Shown piece after piece: positions 1 through 12,014 of a stretch of 64,000 bases of DNA; within the stretch, counting starts at the first letter, position 1; each line of letters starts with the position of its first letter. Source of the DNA: Batkoa obscura (Eukaryota); NCBI GenBank assembly GCA_030770535.1, contig JASVEC010000013.1, positions 124,001 through 188,000 of the forward strand. The letters are read 5' to 3'. A program made the translations under genes and the position numbers. The notes beneath the pieces are model-generated. The model had not been told where the DNA came from, searched no databases, and worked only from the letters and a program-made list of their open reading frames with translations.

Positions 1-271
1 CTCATTTTATTCTAGAGTATAAATTTATGCTTCATATGAATTTTATAGAATTGCATTTTAGTACTAAAATGGATAAAGAAGTAAGCTGTTTTATTGTTTT
101 ATTCAGCCAATTATATCGTTAATTCCAGTTTAGTAAAATGAGAAGGGTAATTTTTTGCATAAAATCGACGATTTTGTCAAAGATGTGTGATGGTTAAGTG
201 ACGTAGCTGAATATAAAAAAACTACAGTTGCCAAATACAAAAGCTCTATTAAATATTTATCAAAACTAAAC

Positions 272-1624
272 ATGTTATTAAATACCAAGCGTTTATTAAA
301 CCATTCAAGAAGATATCTCAATACTTCTACAAAAGTAACTATTTTAGGCGGCTCTGGCTTTATTGGTATATTTTATAATAGTTAAATACATAAAGTGAAC
401 TAACTATTATGACAGGAAATTATGTGATTAAGTCCTTGATCCAAGATCCATTTGTAAAGATTCAACCTATAAGCAAATCTGGGAGAGAAAATCCCAAAAT
501 TAAACAGTTAGGGAATCAAGTACTATCTACTCAACAGGGAGATATTACTGATTATAACCAAATGCAACATTTATGTAAAGATGCTAATGTTGTTATCAAT
601 TTGGTAGGGGTCATGAATCAAAAATGAAACAAATTCTACTAATATTCATATCAATGGTGCTGAAAACTTGGCTAAAATCACTCAGTCAAATGGCTCAAAG
701 CTAATTCATATTTCTGCTATTGGCGCCAACCCTGAATCTTCTATTGTTTATTCTAGAACTAAGGGTATAATATTTAATTATCTATCTTATCTATTAAAAA
801 TAAATTAGGTTTAGGTGAGGTAGTAGTCAAGAAACATAATCCAAATGCTGTTATTGTGAGACCTAGTTTAGTTATTGGACCCGAAGACGATTTCATTAAT
901 GTAATTACTACTGTTTACTTAATTTTAATTATGACTTAATTTTCTCAAATTATATAGAGATTTGCGAAAATCGGAAAGTATTTACCTTTTTTACCTGTCT
1001 TTGGTGGAGGATTAACGAAGTTTCAGCCAATTTATGTTTGGGATTTAGCAAAGGCTATTCAAATATTATCCAATAATGATTCCTTTAATGGTAAATTATT
1101 TGAAGTTGGAGGACCAAATGGTAACTTTATTATTTATTCTATTGTATAGTTAATCTATATGTTTAGTCTATACTTATAAGCAAATTATGGAGCTTGTATT
1201 GAAATATAGCCAACTAAAACGAGGAATTATTTCATTGCCATGGGAAGTGGCCAAATTGCAAGCTTATTTTTTAGAAAAATTACCACCTAGTTTGTTTTCA
1301 TTAACAAGAGAGCAAGTTGAATTATTAAAATTTGATAATATTGTTGATAACGAGCAGTTATCTTTGAGCGATATCGGTTTAAATGGTACGAATATTGAAA
1401 AAATAATACCTACTTATATCAACAGTACCAATAAAAAATCGTTATATACTCCAAATAAAAGAACTCATAAAATGGATTCCCAAGATCTAAATAATGAGTT
1501 TGAGCGTATTATTAGTTTAAAGAAGGAAGTTGCTGGCAAAAGAGAGAATGCACCTAACCTTGAGAAGCAATTAGAGTATTATATGTTAGATAATAACAAT
1601 GATAAAAAGAAAAAACAAAAATGA
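272..1624 (+). CDS. NDUFA9: NADH:ubiquinone oxidoreductase 39/40-kDa subunit (NDUFA9-like SDR), multi-exon
   Basis: ATG at 272 gives presequence-like MLLNTKRLLNHSRRYL, then Rossmann motif VTILGGSGFIG. Later exons encode VVINLVG, LIHISAIGA, IVRPSLVIGPEDDFIN, KFQPIYVWDLAKAI and FEVGGP. GT-AG introns; stop at 1624. Confidence 0.85.
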
Positions 1625-1638
1625 AAATTTAATTTAAT

Positions 1639-2157
1639 TTATTCCTTCCATAATTCACTATTATAATCTTCTGTTAACTCGGTATCATTACCATATAAAT
1701 ATTGCCAAGACGTAAAACCACCTCTTAAAATATAAATTTGTGAATCTTGATTTAAGTCGTCATTTAGACTAGTCAAATAATTGGAATAAATTGTAGCACA
1801 TTTTGGACCCCTTACTTGAGATAAAGCACAATGAAAAATAAAACTTTTTTTATCTTTATTATTTGAATGGAAATTTTGTACCTCATTTCTAAACTCATTC
1901 GAGGGTATGTTTATACTTCCTTTTATATGACCTCCCTTTTTGGCTTTAGTTTTTGTCTTATCATTTAAAATTGCTTACTTACGATATAATCGTTATCTCT
2001 TACGTCTACTATCAGATAATCTTTGCTACGAGAAAAAGTTAGTAAACAGCTAAATGATTAAGCTATTATTGCTTTGTTACTTCAAATTGTTTTTATTTCT
2101 CAGTATCAGCTCTTTCACTTGCTGGATTTCTATGTATTTAATTCTACTGATACTCAT
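1639..2157 (-). CDS. Cdc25-like rhodanese phosphatase/arsenate reductase (Ibp1/Ych1 family), multi-exon
   Basis: Minus-strand translation: MSISRIKYIE..., DVRDNDY, GGHIKGSINIPS, active loop IFHCALSQVRGPKCA, IYILRGGFTSWQYLYG; TAA at 1639-1641. Absent from the ORF track because exons are short. Confidence 0.88.
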
Positions 2158-2979
2158 TCTTTACTTTAAAAAGCAATTATTCAAAATTTCTTTGTTTTTA
2201 TTTTGGCACTTGAGTATTATTGGACTAAATATAAAATTATGCAACAGTAAGCTTATTTTGAAACTATATGGAAAAGTCTTTTTCCGTTCCAGCTTTAGTC
2301 CATTTTTGAGAACCTTGAAATCTATAAATATTATACTTTTTACATTTTGAACAAAATAATTTGCTTATTATTTCAAAAATAAAATAGATCAATAGTTTTT
2401 TATTGTTCTTGTTTTGAATTTTAAAATTCAAATTTTAAAATTTGTAAAATAGCTTCTATAATTTAATATTTTATAGATAAAGTTGCAACCTTACTAGTGT
2501 TGAAATCCCAATAAATAACTATTTGATAAATTGATTTTTTATAAAAACAAATTTAAAACATGAAGAATTAAAATAAAAAAGGAGAGCTTTTTTTAGTGAA
2601 ATGCTATTGAAATCATTTAGAACAAATTAAATTAAATTTTAGCTTTACATTAAAAGAATAAACAAGTCGTAAAAGCTAATAATTAAATCAAACTTTATTT
2701 TAACCCTTTTTTATTATTTGGGCATATGCCTGATAATAACATGTTAAACTAAGAATTGGTTTTGAGGTTAAGATTAAGGTTAAGGTTGAAAAGTCATTTA
2801 ACTACGAAAATATAATATTTATAAGAAAGTCAATAAAAAAGTAATAGTACCTTATAAAATAGTGGTGGTTAGCTTAAATTTTTATTCATACAAAAAAAAG
2901 GTGGGTTGAGAATTAAAAAGAGGGCTAAAAATAATAAAGACACAAATACTTCAATAAATACTACAAACTACCACCTACC

Positions 2980-3729
2980 CTAACTAAAAGAGGTTGATTT
3001 CAACCCTTGTAACTCATTATACATTTGGTCATTTTTACACTTTAAAGAATTGATGTAGTTGATCGCTTGTGATAAAATTTCCCATTTTGAGGCCTTATTT
3101 AACTTATTTGCAGGTAATACTTGACGTAAACTTTCAAATAATTGTTTCATTTGCTTTCGTCGCTGTCTTTCCGCAAGTTTATGACTCTCTTTGATCATCT
3201 CATCTTGTTTCTCTAAATCAAAATTTTGTTCGTATTCAATCATCTGGATCTTGTTATGTGGATGGACTAGTACAGCGCTGATTGGATTATCAGTATATAA
3301 ATTATTATTATAGATTAAATTAATGTCATTAACATCTTCCTTATAACTTTCTTCCTCATTTTGATTAAATTGGTTTTTTAGTACTACGTTTAATGGCGGT
3401 TGTCGAGGTTGATTTATAATGTTATTTTTATTGTATAGGTTTACTATATCATTATTTATAGTATATGACAGCGATGAAGAAGAGGATTGCTTTAAATTGG
3501 AAAAGTTTAAGTCGTTAATTTGATTGTTAAAACTAGAATTAAATTGCATCAAATTATTACTACTATTATCATGTACACCACTGCTGTTATTTGTATTGTC
3601 ACATATAGAAATATTGTTCATATTACTGCTATTATTACTAAAATCGTTTGAGGGTTGTTCGAGTAAATGAGTAATCGAAGGCAATGATAAATTCCTATTC
3701 TTGTTGTCTTTATTATTTAGTCTATTCAT
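2980..3729 (-). CDS. bHLH transcription factor
   Basis: C-terminal SHKLAERQRRKQMKQLFESLRQVLP...KASKWEILSQAINYINSL; Asn-rich N-terminus. Confidence 0.9.
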   Translation of the reverse strand: MNRLNNKDNKNRNLSLPSITHLLEQPSNDFSNNSSNMNNISICDNTNNSSGVHDNSSNNLMQFNSSFNNQINDLNFSNLKQSSSSSLSYTINNDIVNLYNKNNIINQPRQPPLNVVLKNQFNQNEEESYKEDVNDINLIYNNNLYTDNPISAVLVHPHNKIQMIEYEQNFDLEKQDEMIKESHKLAERQRRKQMKQLFESLRQVLPANKLNKASKWEILSQAINYINSLKCKNDQMYNELQGLKSTSFS

Positions 3730-4814
3730 GTTATTTTTACTTTTTCCAAAAAAAAATAATTGAAATATAGTTGAAATATTCTATTTGATGAATAAAAAAG
3801 ATTTAAATGAAATCTGTATTAATAGTCGTATATTCAGATTGTTCTCTTTTTGTCTCCTCCCCTTTAAGGTCGAAATTGATAGATAAATATGATTGTTTTA
3901 GTAATCAGAACAATTAAACAGTATTAAGATCAAAAAAAGAGTTATTGCTTTATTTTTATACTTCATAATTTTTTTATCCAATGTTTAATTTTTTATTATT
4001 ACTTTTTCTAAAGTATATTTTTGATTTAATTGGTTTTAACCCAAATTTTGGACTTTATTAATTATATTTCACCTTAATTATTTCACCCTATTTTTTACTT
4101 CCCATTTAAGCTTGAAGCTTAGGTCTAGTTTGTACTCTAGTCCAATACACTTAAAACAACTGCCCATTTTGGTTATTGAATTTTGATTCTTTATTCATTT
4201 TGAATGTATTCTTATTAACATATTGTATTATATTAATAATAATACAATAATTGAAATAAGGATTATTATTAAATTAAATTCTTTTTCTAATTTAACATTG
4301 AGCTTTTTGTCTAGCTTATTTTAACTTAAGTGTTGTTTATGGTTTTGATCTATATCTTCCATTTGATCGACTTTATATTTATCATGTTTATGTAACCTTT
4401 AATAGTATAATATTTTAGCCCCTAGTTTTATTAATTTTTAAACATCAGCTTATTTTTTGATTACTACTATAATATTTTTATAATAACAATATACATTAGC
4501 TATTGATTTAATATATAATTAATTATAAGATGCAAAAAGTGGTTTGTTTTCAGCTTTCATATCGTTTAATAATTGATAATTTACTTACTAATCTATATTA
4601 TTGAGGAATATTTCTAACATTTGTTTATATATGTTTAATACAAACTCACAATGTGTTTCATGATAATAAATTGAAAGCTTAATTTCAATTTATTATTTAA
4701 GCTATACTGACCAATATCAAGTTACAATAACTTGAAAGCATGATTTAAATTACACTTATAAATAATAAATATAACTTTATTTTATAATAATAAACAAAAA
4801 AATAACTTACAAAA

Positions 4815-5798
4815 TCATTTTTTTTTCTTCAACAAGGAATTAATAGTAAACTTAGATAAATTTAAAAAGAAGATGGCCAAAGTAAAAGAAACAACAACAG
4901 GGATAGCAATATACTTATTTGAGGAATCCATGGTCCATCTGTTGAAATCAGTATAGTTACCTAAATAACGAACAATGTACTCTTTTGTTCTATTCCATGC
5001 ATCCGAGTTGATATTTAATTCGGTTGAGTCCAATTCTAGCAAGCTATCAAATAATACTTTATAATTTTCTTCTTTTAAGCTTGCCAAGCTGGTGGAAGTA
5101 GCATTGTCGTCATCATCATCAAAAACACTTTGATTGTCTTTTTCGAATTGATTTATAGCTTCACTTAATGAAATAGTTTCTTTAATTGTTTCTTCCTTCA
5201 TCTTTTGATCTTCTGTTGGGGAGTGGACGATTTGATTATTAATATTAGTGATAATTTCATTTTCATCTGGTAGTTGAATTGTACTCTTAAGATCTAATAA
5301 AGTGTTATAGATATCCATCACTTCTTCCTCCTTCTCATTAATTTGGGGCTTTGCTGAATCATTGTTCATGTTTGCTTTGTTCCCATTAATAATAAGTCCG
5401 AGCATATCAATTGCTTGGTCTAATAAACTTGAATTGTTATTATTGCTATTATTGAACTTGTTAATATTTAAAGCTGGAATGTCACTATTATCTTCAGATC
5501 CCAAACTGATACCAGAATCGGCTCTTTTACGTGAAACTGGAATTGTACTATCATATTTATCATTGTTTAATGACATATTATTAAATAAGTCATTGATTTC
5601 AACTGGTTTATTTGTTATATCTATTTCCTTTTCTTCTTCGTCTTCTTTCAAATCAATAGCCTCATCTTGGTCATTGTTGACATCATCTTCTTTAATAGAG
5701 TTTAACTTATTGATCTTATTAACCGAGCTTACCCCATTGTTGCCGAAAATTGGGAATGGAAAAGCCATTGCCATAGCAATATCATTCTCGTAATTCAT
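4815..5798 (-). CDS. Hypothetical acidic protein with C-terminal transmembrane anchor
   Basis: 327-aa open frame; hydrophobic YIAIPVVVSFTLAIFFLNL followed by basic KKKK tail. Confidence 0.7.
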   Translation of the reverse strand: MNYENDIAMAMAFPFPIFGNNGVSSVNKINKLNSIKEDDVNNDQDEAIDLKEDEEEKEIDITNKPVEINDLFNNMSLNNDKYDSTIPVSRKRADSGISLGSEDNSDIPALNINKFNNSNNNNSSLLDQAIDMLGLIINGNKANMNNDSAKPQINEKEEEVMDIYNTLLDLKSTIQLPDENEIITNINNQIVHSPTEDQKMKEETIKETISLSEAINQFEKDNQSVFDDDDDNATSTSLASLKEENYKVLFDSLLELDSTELNINSDAWNRTKEYIVRYLGNYTDFNRWTMDSSNKYIAIPVVVSFTLAIFFLNLSKFTINSLLKKKK

Positions 5799-7347
5799 CT
5801 TTATTTAAAAAAGTATTAAAAAACAACAATATTTCTTCTTTTTCTAAAGTTCATTAAAGCTAGTTTAAATACTATTCTTTTTACCATTCTTACTATCTAC
5901 CTTATTTAAGTCCTTGTTTATCATTTTATTCATCTTCACCCACCTTGAAGTTGGATTTTTGTTATGGCATAACTATTAAATAAATTTATTATAAATGTTT
6001 CATTTGACTCGATAATCTTATGGCGTTTTATTTTCTGTAATCTTTGGTTAATCTTTTTTGTAAAAGTTTAAATCGTTATTAAGAACAGTATAAAATTAAT
6101 ACAAAACTTTAAATAATAAGTTGTATAGTTGCATTATACAAAATTTCAATTTGTTTATTTCAGTTTACTTTTATTATAATTATTTCAAACGTTTAGTTAA
6201 ATTCTTTTTAATGTCTCCATTCTTTCTTAGTTAAAACACATTTTATCCACCCCAATTAATCAGTTTCATTATCACTTTTGAAATCCAACATTTATTATTT
6301 TATTTATATAAAATCAACTTAACCACCCTAACTAAGGATAGTTAATTTATATTCGATCCTTAATTTAGTTTTAATTTATAAATTGAATTAAATAATTGAA
6401 ATTGAAATTAAAATTCACTATATATCGTCTTGTTAATTAATATACTGTGCAATTTTTAATAGAGTATTTTCACTGAAATACATGTCGATTTTATACCAAG
6501 TTTTAAAGGGTGCAATTTCTCTTTTTCAGTGGTTTTTTAGCACCATTAAATTACTGAAATTATTATAATTTCTTACTTTGTTGTGATTAATGTTTAACGG
6601 TTTATATTTAATTATTTCAAAGTATTAGAAAAATAAAATAGTATAAAATCAAATCTTACAATGTAGTTTTATACAAAACAATAATTTTTTTTTAAGTGTA
6701 TCCTTTGTTCTTTTTCAAATGGTAGACATTCTAAAAAAAAGTACAATCTAGAAATAGCCGCAATTTTCTTTTACAAATGCTTACAATTTTAATTGTAAAA
6801 GTTCAAGTTTATTATAATCTAAATCAGGACGTTTATATTAACCAAACTTAAACTTCTTTTTGTTTTATTTAACCCTTTTGATTAATTCATTTATTTGTTA
6901 TCTTTAAATGCTCTACATCTATCTTTACATTTGCCTATTGTCAAATAAAATATTTAGAATTACAGTGAAGGAGTGAAAATTATAAAAACTTTGATATGAA
7001 AGATATAAGAGATGGCGTTCAAGGCTTTATATAGAAAAAACATCGAGTTTAAACAAATTTAAAATGTTAGATAAAAACATGTTATTAAAAACAATTGTTC
7101 CTATACTAAATGCTTTTTAATTTATATTAGCATTTTAAATTTGTATAATCACAACTTAGAAGCCTAGAATTTAGCTTTGGATAGTTTAATATGACTACAA
7201 ATACTAAAAGTATAATAAATGTCTACCTTTTATATGAAATGTTAGACCTTATATAGCTCTAATTTAAAGATAGCAGATAAATGTTTGATATTTTAGATGA
7301 TTATGTTATTAAATCGAGCGTTTTTATAGTTATTAAATAGTTAAAAG

Positions 7348-7480
7348 ATGAATTTCAAGTCAATCATTGTTATTGTTACATCTGTTTAATCAAAGAGCTT
7401 GTTAGTGACTGATTTGTAAAGGAAGTATACGAAATTTTCGCTAAAATATAGAGATATAACAAATTAAGATACAACTAAGT
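7348..7480 (+). pseudogene. HW-peptide family copy 1 (degenerate)
   Basis: ATG AAT TTC AAG TCA ATC ATT GTT ATT GTT ACA TCT GTT TAA = MNFKSIIVIVTSV*, aligning to the signal peptide of the 9365 copy; upstream TTATTAAATAG motif. 3' end approximate. Confidence 0.55.
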
Positions 7481-7687
7481 AAACATGATCTATTAGTGAA
7501 GTTTAACGCAGATATCACTTTAATTACAGGTATAAACTTTGAGATAACAACATATTTTTAACAAAGTGAATATAATTTTAAAAGCAATAACCTTTGACAA
7601 AGAAACCGCCCTTTATACAAATCATTTAGTTACATGATGACATGTATGCTATATCGTTATCAACAATATTTTTGAATTCTTAGTATA

Positions 7688-7793
7688 TATGGGGGTGTTT
7701 TTTTTGGTTTCATCACTTTTTCCATTTTTTAAGCGCTATTTGGAGTGGAAAGATTATTAGTAAAATTTTTAAACATAAAAATACATCCCCATA
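7688..7793 (+). mobile_element. MITE family A (~105 bp, Tc1/mariner-type)
   Basis: TA-TGGGGGTGT...ACATCCCCA-TA: short TIRs, TA flanks, internal AAGCGCTATTT..GGAAAGATT.TTAGTAAAATT shared with 13 other copies. Confidence 0.9.
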
Positions 7794-8027
7794 TACCATT
7801 TATCAAATTAATAATTTGAATCCACCTAATTTATTTCTACTTTGTTTACTGGAAGCACTAAATTATGTGTTAGAAAGACACTATATATGATACTAACTTA
7901 GCCCAACTGGCTGGTTATAAGCTTTAACTTTCATATCAGTCAAGCTTATGCATCAGCATATAAATATGGTTATTCTTTTTTAAGCTCCTCTGTATTAAAC
8001 CTTTTTTGTTAATTAAATAACCGTATG

Positions 8028-8158
8028 ATGGATTTTAAATTAGTGCTTTTTTTCATTGTATTTGTTGTCAGTCAATGCTTATTTGATCACTTGTGACAAT
8101 ACAAGTAACCTACTAAAATCCATCTTATTGATGTTACTTCTGAGCACCGTGGTATTAA
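8028..8158 (+). pseudogene. HW-peptide family copy 2 (frameshifted)
   Basis: MDFKLVLFFIV, then shifted frame LLSVNAYLITCDN (cf. ILSTNAYLIARDN); degenerate end GAG CAC cg TGG TAT TAA; upstream TTAATTAAATA. Confidence 0.7.
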
Positions 8159-8524
8159 AACACTATAGTATTTACCATTTTCCATGCTTTAAGCTTATTT
8201 GCCATTTTTATAGTTGTTTGTATTTTAAGATAATAAAGATGATTACGCGTAAATATATTTTAAATATTAATAAATTTGGATTACAAAAAAGTATTAAATA
8301 TTATAAACTAGTTCATTAATTTCAACGTTGGTTTTTGATAAACATTATATTAGAATATTAGATGTCAATTGTTTTTTAATAGCTTTTTTTTAAAAAAAAC
8401 TTCAATTTTATAACTCACATTCTACAATTTGTATAACAGCTTGGCTACATAACGCTCAGATTATCGAGTAATCCAATCCTTTGTAGAATCTAGAGAATTA
8501 TGAAAATTTATTGTTTTTTTTTTG

Positions 8525-8566
8525 TTTTTATTTTATTTTATTTTATTTTATTTTATTTTATTTTAT
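8525..8566. repeat. (TTTTA)n microsatellite
   Basis: Direct reading: about 8 tandem TTTTA units. Confidence 0.9.
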
Positions 8567-8757
8567 ACATTTATAGCTTTTATTTATATGATTTGATTTT
8601 TATTTTACCAATTTATTATTGAGTCAAAGTACTATCGAATTTAAACAAATAATAAGTTTCTTTTAAAATCGAAAATGGGGGATTTAAAACTGGATATAAA
8701 TCAAGAGAACTAGACAACTTGATGATATAATGTATCAAATATAGTTAATTAGAACTA

Positions 8758-8862
8758 TATGGGGAAGTATTTTTATGTTTAAGAATTTTACTAACAATCT
8801 TTCCGCTGAAATAGCGCTTAAAAGATGGAAAAAATAATGAAATCAAAAAAAACATCCTCATA
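8758..8862 (-). mobile_element. MITE family A
   Basis: Reverse-oriented copy TA-TGGGGAAGT...ACATCCTCA-TA. Confidence 0.9.
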
Positions 8863-9364
8863 TAGCATTGTTATTTTAGCACTTAGTTTAATAAATTATT
8901 TAAAAATGGATCTATTATCTCAAAGCACTATAAGGTCATTTTGCTATCAACACTAAAGCTCAAAAATTTAGAACAAATCAAATAAACAAACTAAGTATGC
9001 GCTAAATAAAATAATAGAAGCTTCTATAAATATCGTATACAAAATAAATAACCCTGAAAATTTTATTGATTACTACTTTTAACAGGTTGACCTCCTTTTT
9101 AAATACCTTGTTCTTTAATCCATTAGTAATGTTGTTTAAAATAATATCAATTTAGTTTAAAAGTAATTGTAAAAGTACTAAAAGTGAATAAAATAACAAA
9201 AATCGAATGTTCTAAATTTGAAATTCAACTTGTTTTTATTCTTTATTATATGCCTATAAAATTTAGTATTTAAAAAACAAATATATAAAATGTTCAATAT
9301 TTACTCTTGTTAAATACCCTCCTTGTTGAACCTATTTTTGTTTATTAATTAAATAGTTTTTAAA

Positions 9365-9496
9365 ATGAATTTTAATTTAATTATCGCTATTGTTGTATCC
9401 ATATTATCAACCAACGCTTATTTAATCGCTCGTGATAACGCAGAAAAGCCACCTGAACCTACATCCACTAATAATAATCCTGGACATTGGCCTTAA
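9365..9496 (+). CDS. Small secreted peptide precursor, HW-peptide family copy 3 (intact, 43 aa)
   Basis: MNFNLIIAIVVSILSTNAYLIARDNAEKPPEPTSTNNNPGHWP*. Hydrophobic signal peptide with T-N-A cleavage site, upstream TATATAAAA, seven paralogues nearby. Confidence 0.85.
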   Translation: MNFNLIIAIVVSILSTNAYLIARDNAEKPPEPTSTNNNPGHWP

Positions 9497-9692
9497 AGTT
9501 TCATAATCTATCTTTTTCGGTATCAGAAACTATATTCTCTTTATTTTGTAATTGATATTCACTTTTAATAAAATTTATTGAATTGTAAAAAAAATAATGT
9601 TTTATTAATCATTATATTGAACTTTGAATGAAATAATTTAGACACAATGTAATTAAATTGTTACCTTAGAAGCTCACTTATCGTTTTTTATA

Positions 9693-9793
9693 TATGGGGA
9701 TGTATTTCTTTGTTTAGAAATTCTAACAATTTTTCCACTCAAATAATGCTTAAAAGATGGAAAAAGTGAAAAGTTAAAAAAAACACCCCTATA
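9693..9793 (-). mobile_element. MITE family A
   Basis: TA-TGGGGATGT...ACACCCCTA-TA. Confidence 0.9.
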
Positions 9794-10220
9794 TCAAGTA
9801 TTTATAGTAATGTTTATTAAATCAAAATAGTAGTTGAAATATCATTAAAAGAATTAAATATCAGTAGATTGTTTATTATAATAATCTAACTAGTTCAACT
9901 GAGTTATAATCTAATAAATACCACATCAAAGTATTAATCTATGACTATTTTTCAGTATAATATATATACTACAAGCAAACAAATGGATATGTATAATATT
10001 TAATATCATTTTTAAATTCTATTTTTTAAAGCATTGGTTTATTTTGTTATACGAATATTTATATATCAATTATCAATACGAAACAAACTTAAAGAAATAA
10101 AAATTCCCCATCACACATTCTTTCACAATAAATAATTTTTTACTCAAAATTTATTGGATTATTTTATGAATACTAGCCTAAGGGTTTCCACAATTTACAA
10201 AGGGATATTATAAAACTCAT

Positions 10221-11003
10221 AAAATGGAGGGGCTACAAGGGGTTGAAAGGAGAACTTAATATGCATAAGTAATTTATATGTTGCAAATAAAATAAATAAA
10301 TAGAAAGGTTAATGCTAATGTTAATTTAACCCTTCATCTCTGTGAAAGTTGATACTTAGTGGTCGAAGTTAAAAGCTACTCTTGCTTAATTAACTTGCCT
10401 TGAGTCGAACGGTCTTAGTTTATGTAACTAAGATAGACTTAACTTAATAGAAATAATACGTATAAACTACGAATTATGTAAAACAAATATAATAGAAGAT
10501 ACTACTGTAAAATCTATATAAGATGTTGTCTGAAAGACTTAATGGCTTTATTAATGGTACGATATCAGGGAATAATTCAGTTAAAAAAGCCTCGAGTTAG
10601 TATGTCGAAGAATCTCTTTTATACTCCAATAAGTATGGATATTAAAAGGAGATAATATTCTTTGCAATATGAAGTTAGAAATTCTCGCAGCAAATCAAAA
10701 TAAGGGATTCTGGTTTGATTGTGTTTGAACTTGAGAACACAACAACTTAAGTGATTGTTGTGTTATAATCAATCCGAGAGCTAAATAAAGCAATATTTCA
10801 CAATCTCTAAGATATAGTCTAAATTTCAAAGGTGCGCTTAGATAGGATTCTATTTTTCGTTAGTGATGGCTATTTTTATTGTTTCTATCTGGAAAATGAG
10901 TGATTAAGCTAATATTCAACTTTCTATGCGTTTTATATATATCATATAAATTGCTTTGATATAAAAAAGATGCCTTTTTAACCCCTTGTAATCCCTTCAT
11001 TTT
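10221..11003. mobile_element. Long-TIR (foldback/MULE-like) non-autonomous element interrupted by a solo LTR
   Basis: Left arm AAAATGGAGGGGCTACAAGGGGTTGAAAGG...AATTTATATG...TAGAAAG (10221-~10330) matches the reverse complement of ~10900-11003 (AAAATGAAGGGATTACAAGGGGTTAAAAAGG...AATTTATATG...TAGAAAG). Confidence 0.7.
10341..10802. mobile_element. Solo LTR (462 bp) with 5-bp target-site duplication
   Basis: Starts TGTGAAA, ends TTTCACA (7-bp inverted termini, TG..CA), flanked both sides by ATCTC; second copy at 17656. Confidence 0.9.
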
Positions 11004-11236
11004 GCAAATTATATTGCTTGTTTTTGTATTTTAGCATTTAAAAATTCTTCTCACATTATTTATAACTAGTTTTTCACTAAATTAAATATCGAAAATTGCT
11101 ACTTTAAAATTTATAATAATCCAGTTTCTTCTTTTTCAACTCTACTTTTTTTAAAAAATTAGAAAAAATTAATAGAAATAAAGGGAAGAGCATTTACTAT
11201 AAAATAAATATTTTCTTACTTATTACTTCATATCAG

Positions 11237-11383
11237 ATAAAACTTTAAACTCAATATTTGTGTTTATATTATTATCTTTTTATCAATGGATGCTTATTTA
11301 ACAGTGGATAATAATGATAACAATAATAATAATAATATAGGATACAATTTATATCCACTTATAGATGTGGACATTGGCCTTGA
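11237..11383 (+). pseudogene. HW-peptide family copy 4 (lost start, frameshift)
   Basis: NFKLNICVYIIIFLSMDAYLTVDNN..., an (AAT)n expansion, then shifted frame ISTYRCGHWP-TGA (11381-11383). Confidence 0.8.
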
Positions 11384-11441
11384 AGTTAAGCTAATACGTT
11401 GCTAGCATTATTTTATAGAATTTAATAATTTAAATTTAAAA

Positions 11442-11547
11442 TACGGGGGTGTTTTTTTTTGGTTTTATCACTTTTTCAATTTTTTAAGCACTATTTGGGC
11501 GGAAAAATTGTTAGTAAAATTCTTAAATACAGAAATACATCTCCATA
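11442..11547 (+). mobile_element. MITE family A
   Basis: TA-CGGGGGTGT...ACATCTCCA-TA. Confidence 0.9.
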
Positions 11548-11762
11548 CTGAGTTTATAGAATTTCACTGTGAGGAATTTCATTGAAATTGGGTTAAAAGT
11601 TTATCTAGTAAGAACATATTTAAAGAAGTAAAAAGAAATAAAAAATCGATCTTATTCAATTTAGCTTAATTTAACTTTAAGTAATAATTTTTATTATTAA
11701 AAAATTAAGCAGTCTTTTTTTTAATCCTATAAATTTTTATTTTTATTTCAGATTCCAATTAA

Positions 11763-11844
11763 GGTGCTATGGCCGAGTGGTCTAAGGCGGCGCACTCAAG
11801 TTGCGCTCTCTTCGGAGGCGTGGGTTCGAATCCCATTGGCACTA
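11763..11844 (+). tRNA. tRNA-Leu(CAA)
   Basis: Acceptor GGTGCTA/TGGCACT-A, D arm GGCCGAGTGGTCTAAGGC, anticodon arm GCGCA-CTCAAGT-TGCGC, long variable arm, GGTTCGAATCCC, downstream T5 terminator. Confidence 0.96.
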
Positions 11845-12014
11845 TATGTTTTTAACATATTTAAATACTACATTAATTTTTTATATTATTATTAAAATAA
11901 AGTAATATTGTTTTATAAATCAATAATTTTTATTTATTATTAAGTATTAATCATAATAAAGTATAAATATACAATTATATAAAATACTTAATATATTTCC
12001 TTTATTTCTTTACT

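Noticed and set aside
8056..8319. 87-aa track ORF as a gene
   Set aside because: Non-ATG start; its N-terminus is the frameshifted part of peptide pseudogene copy 2 and the rest is AT-rich run-on.
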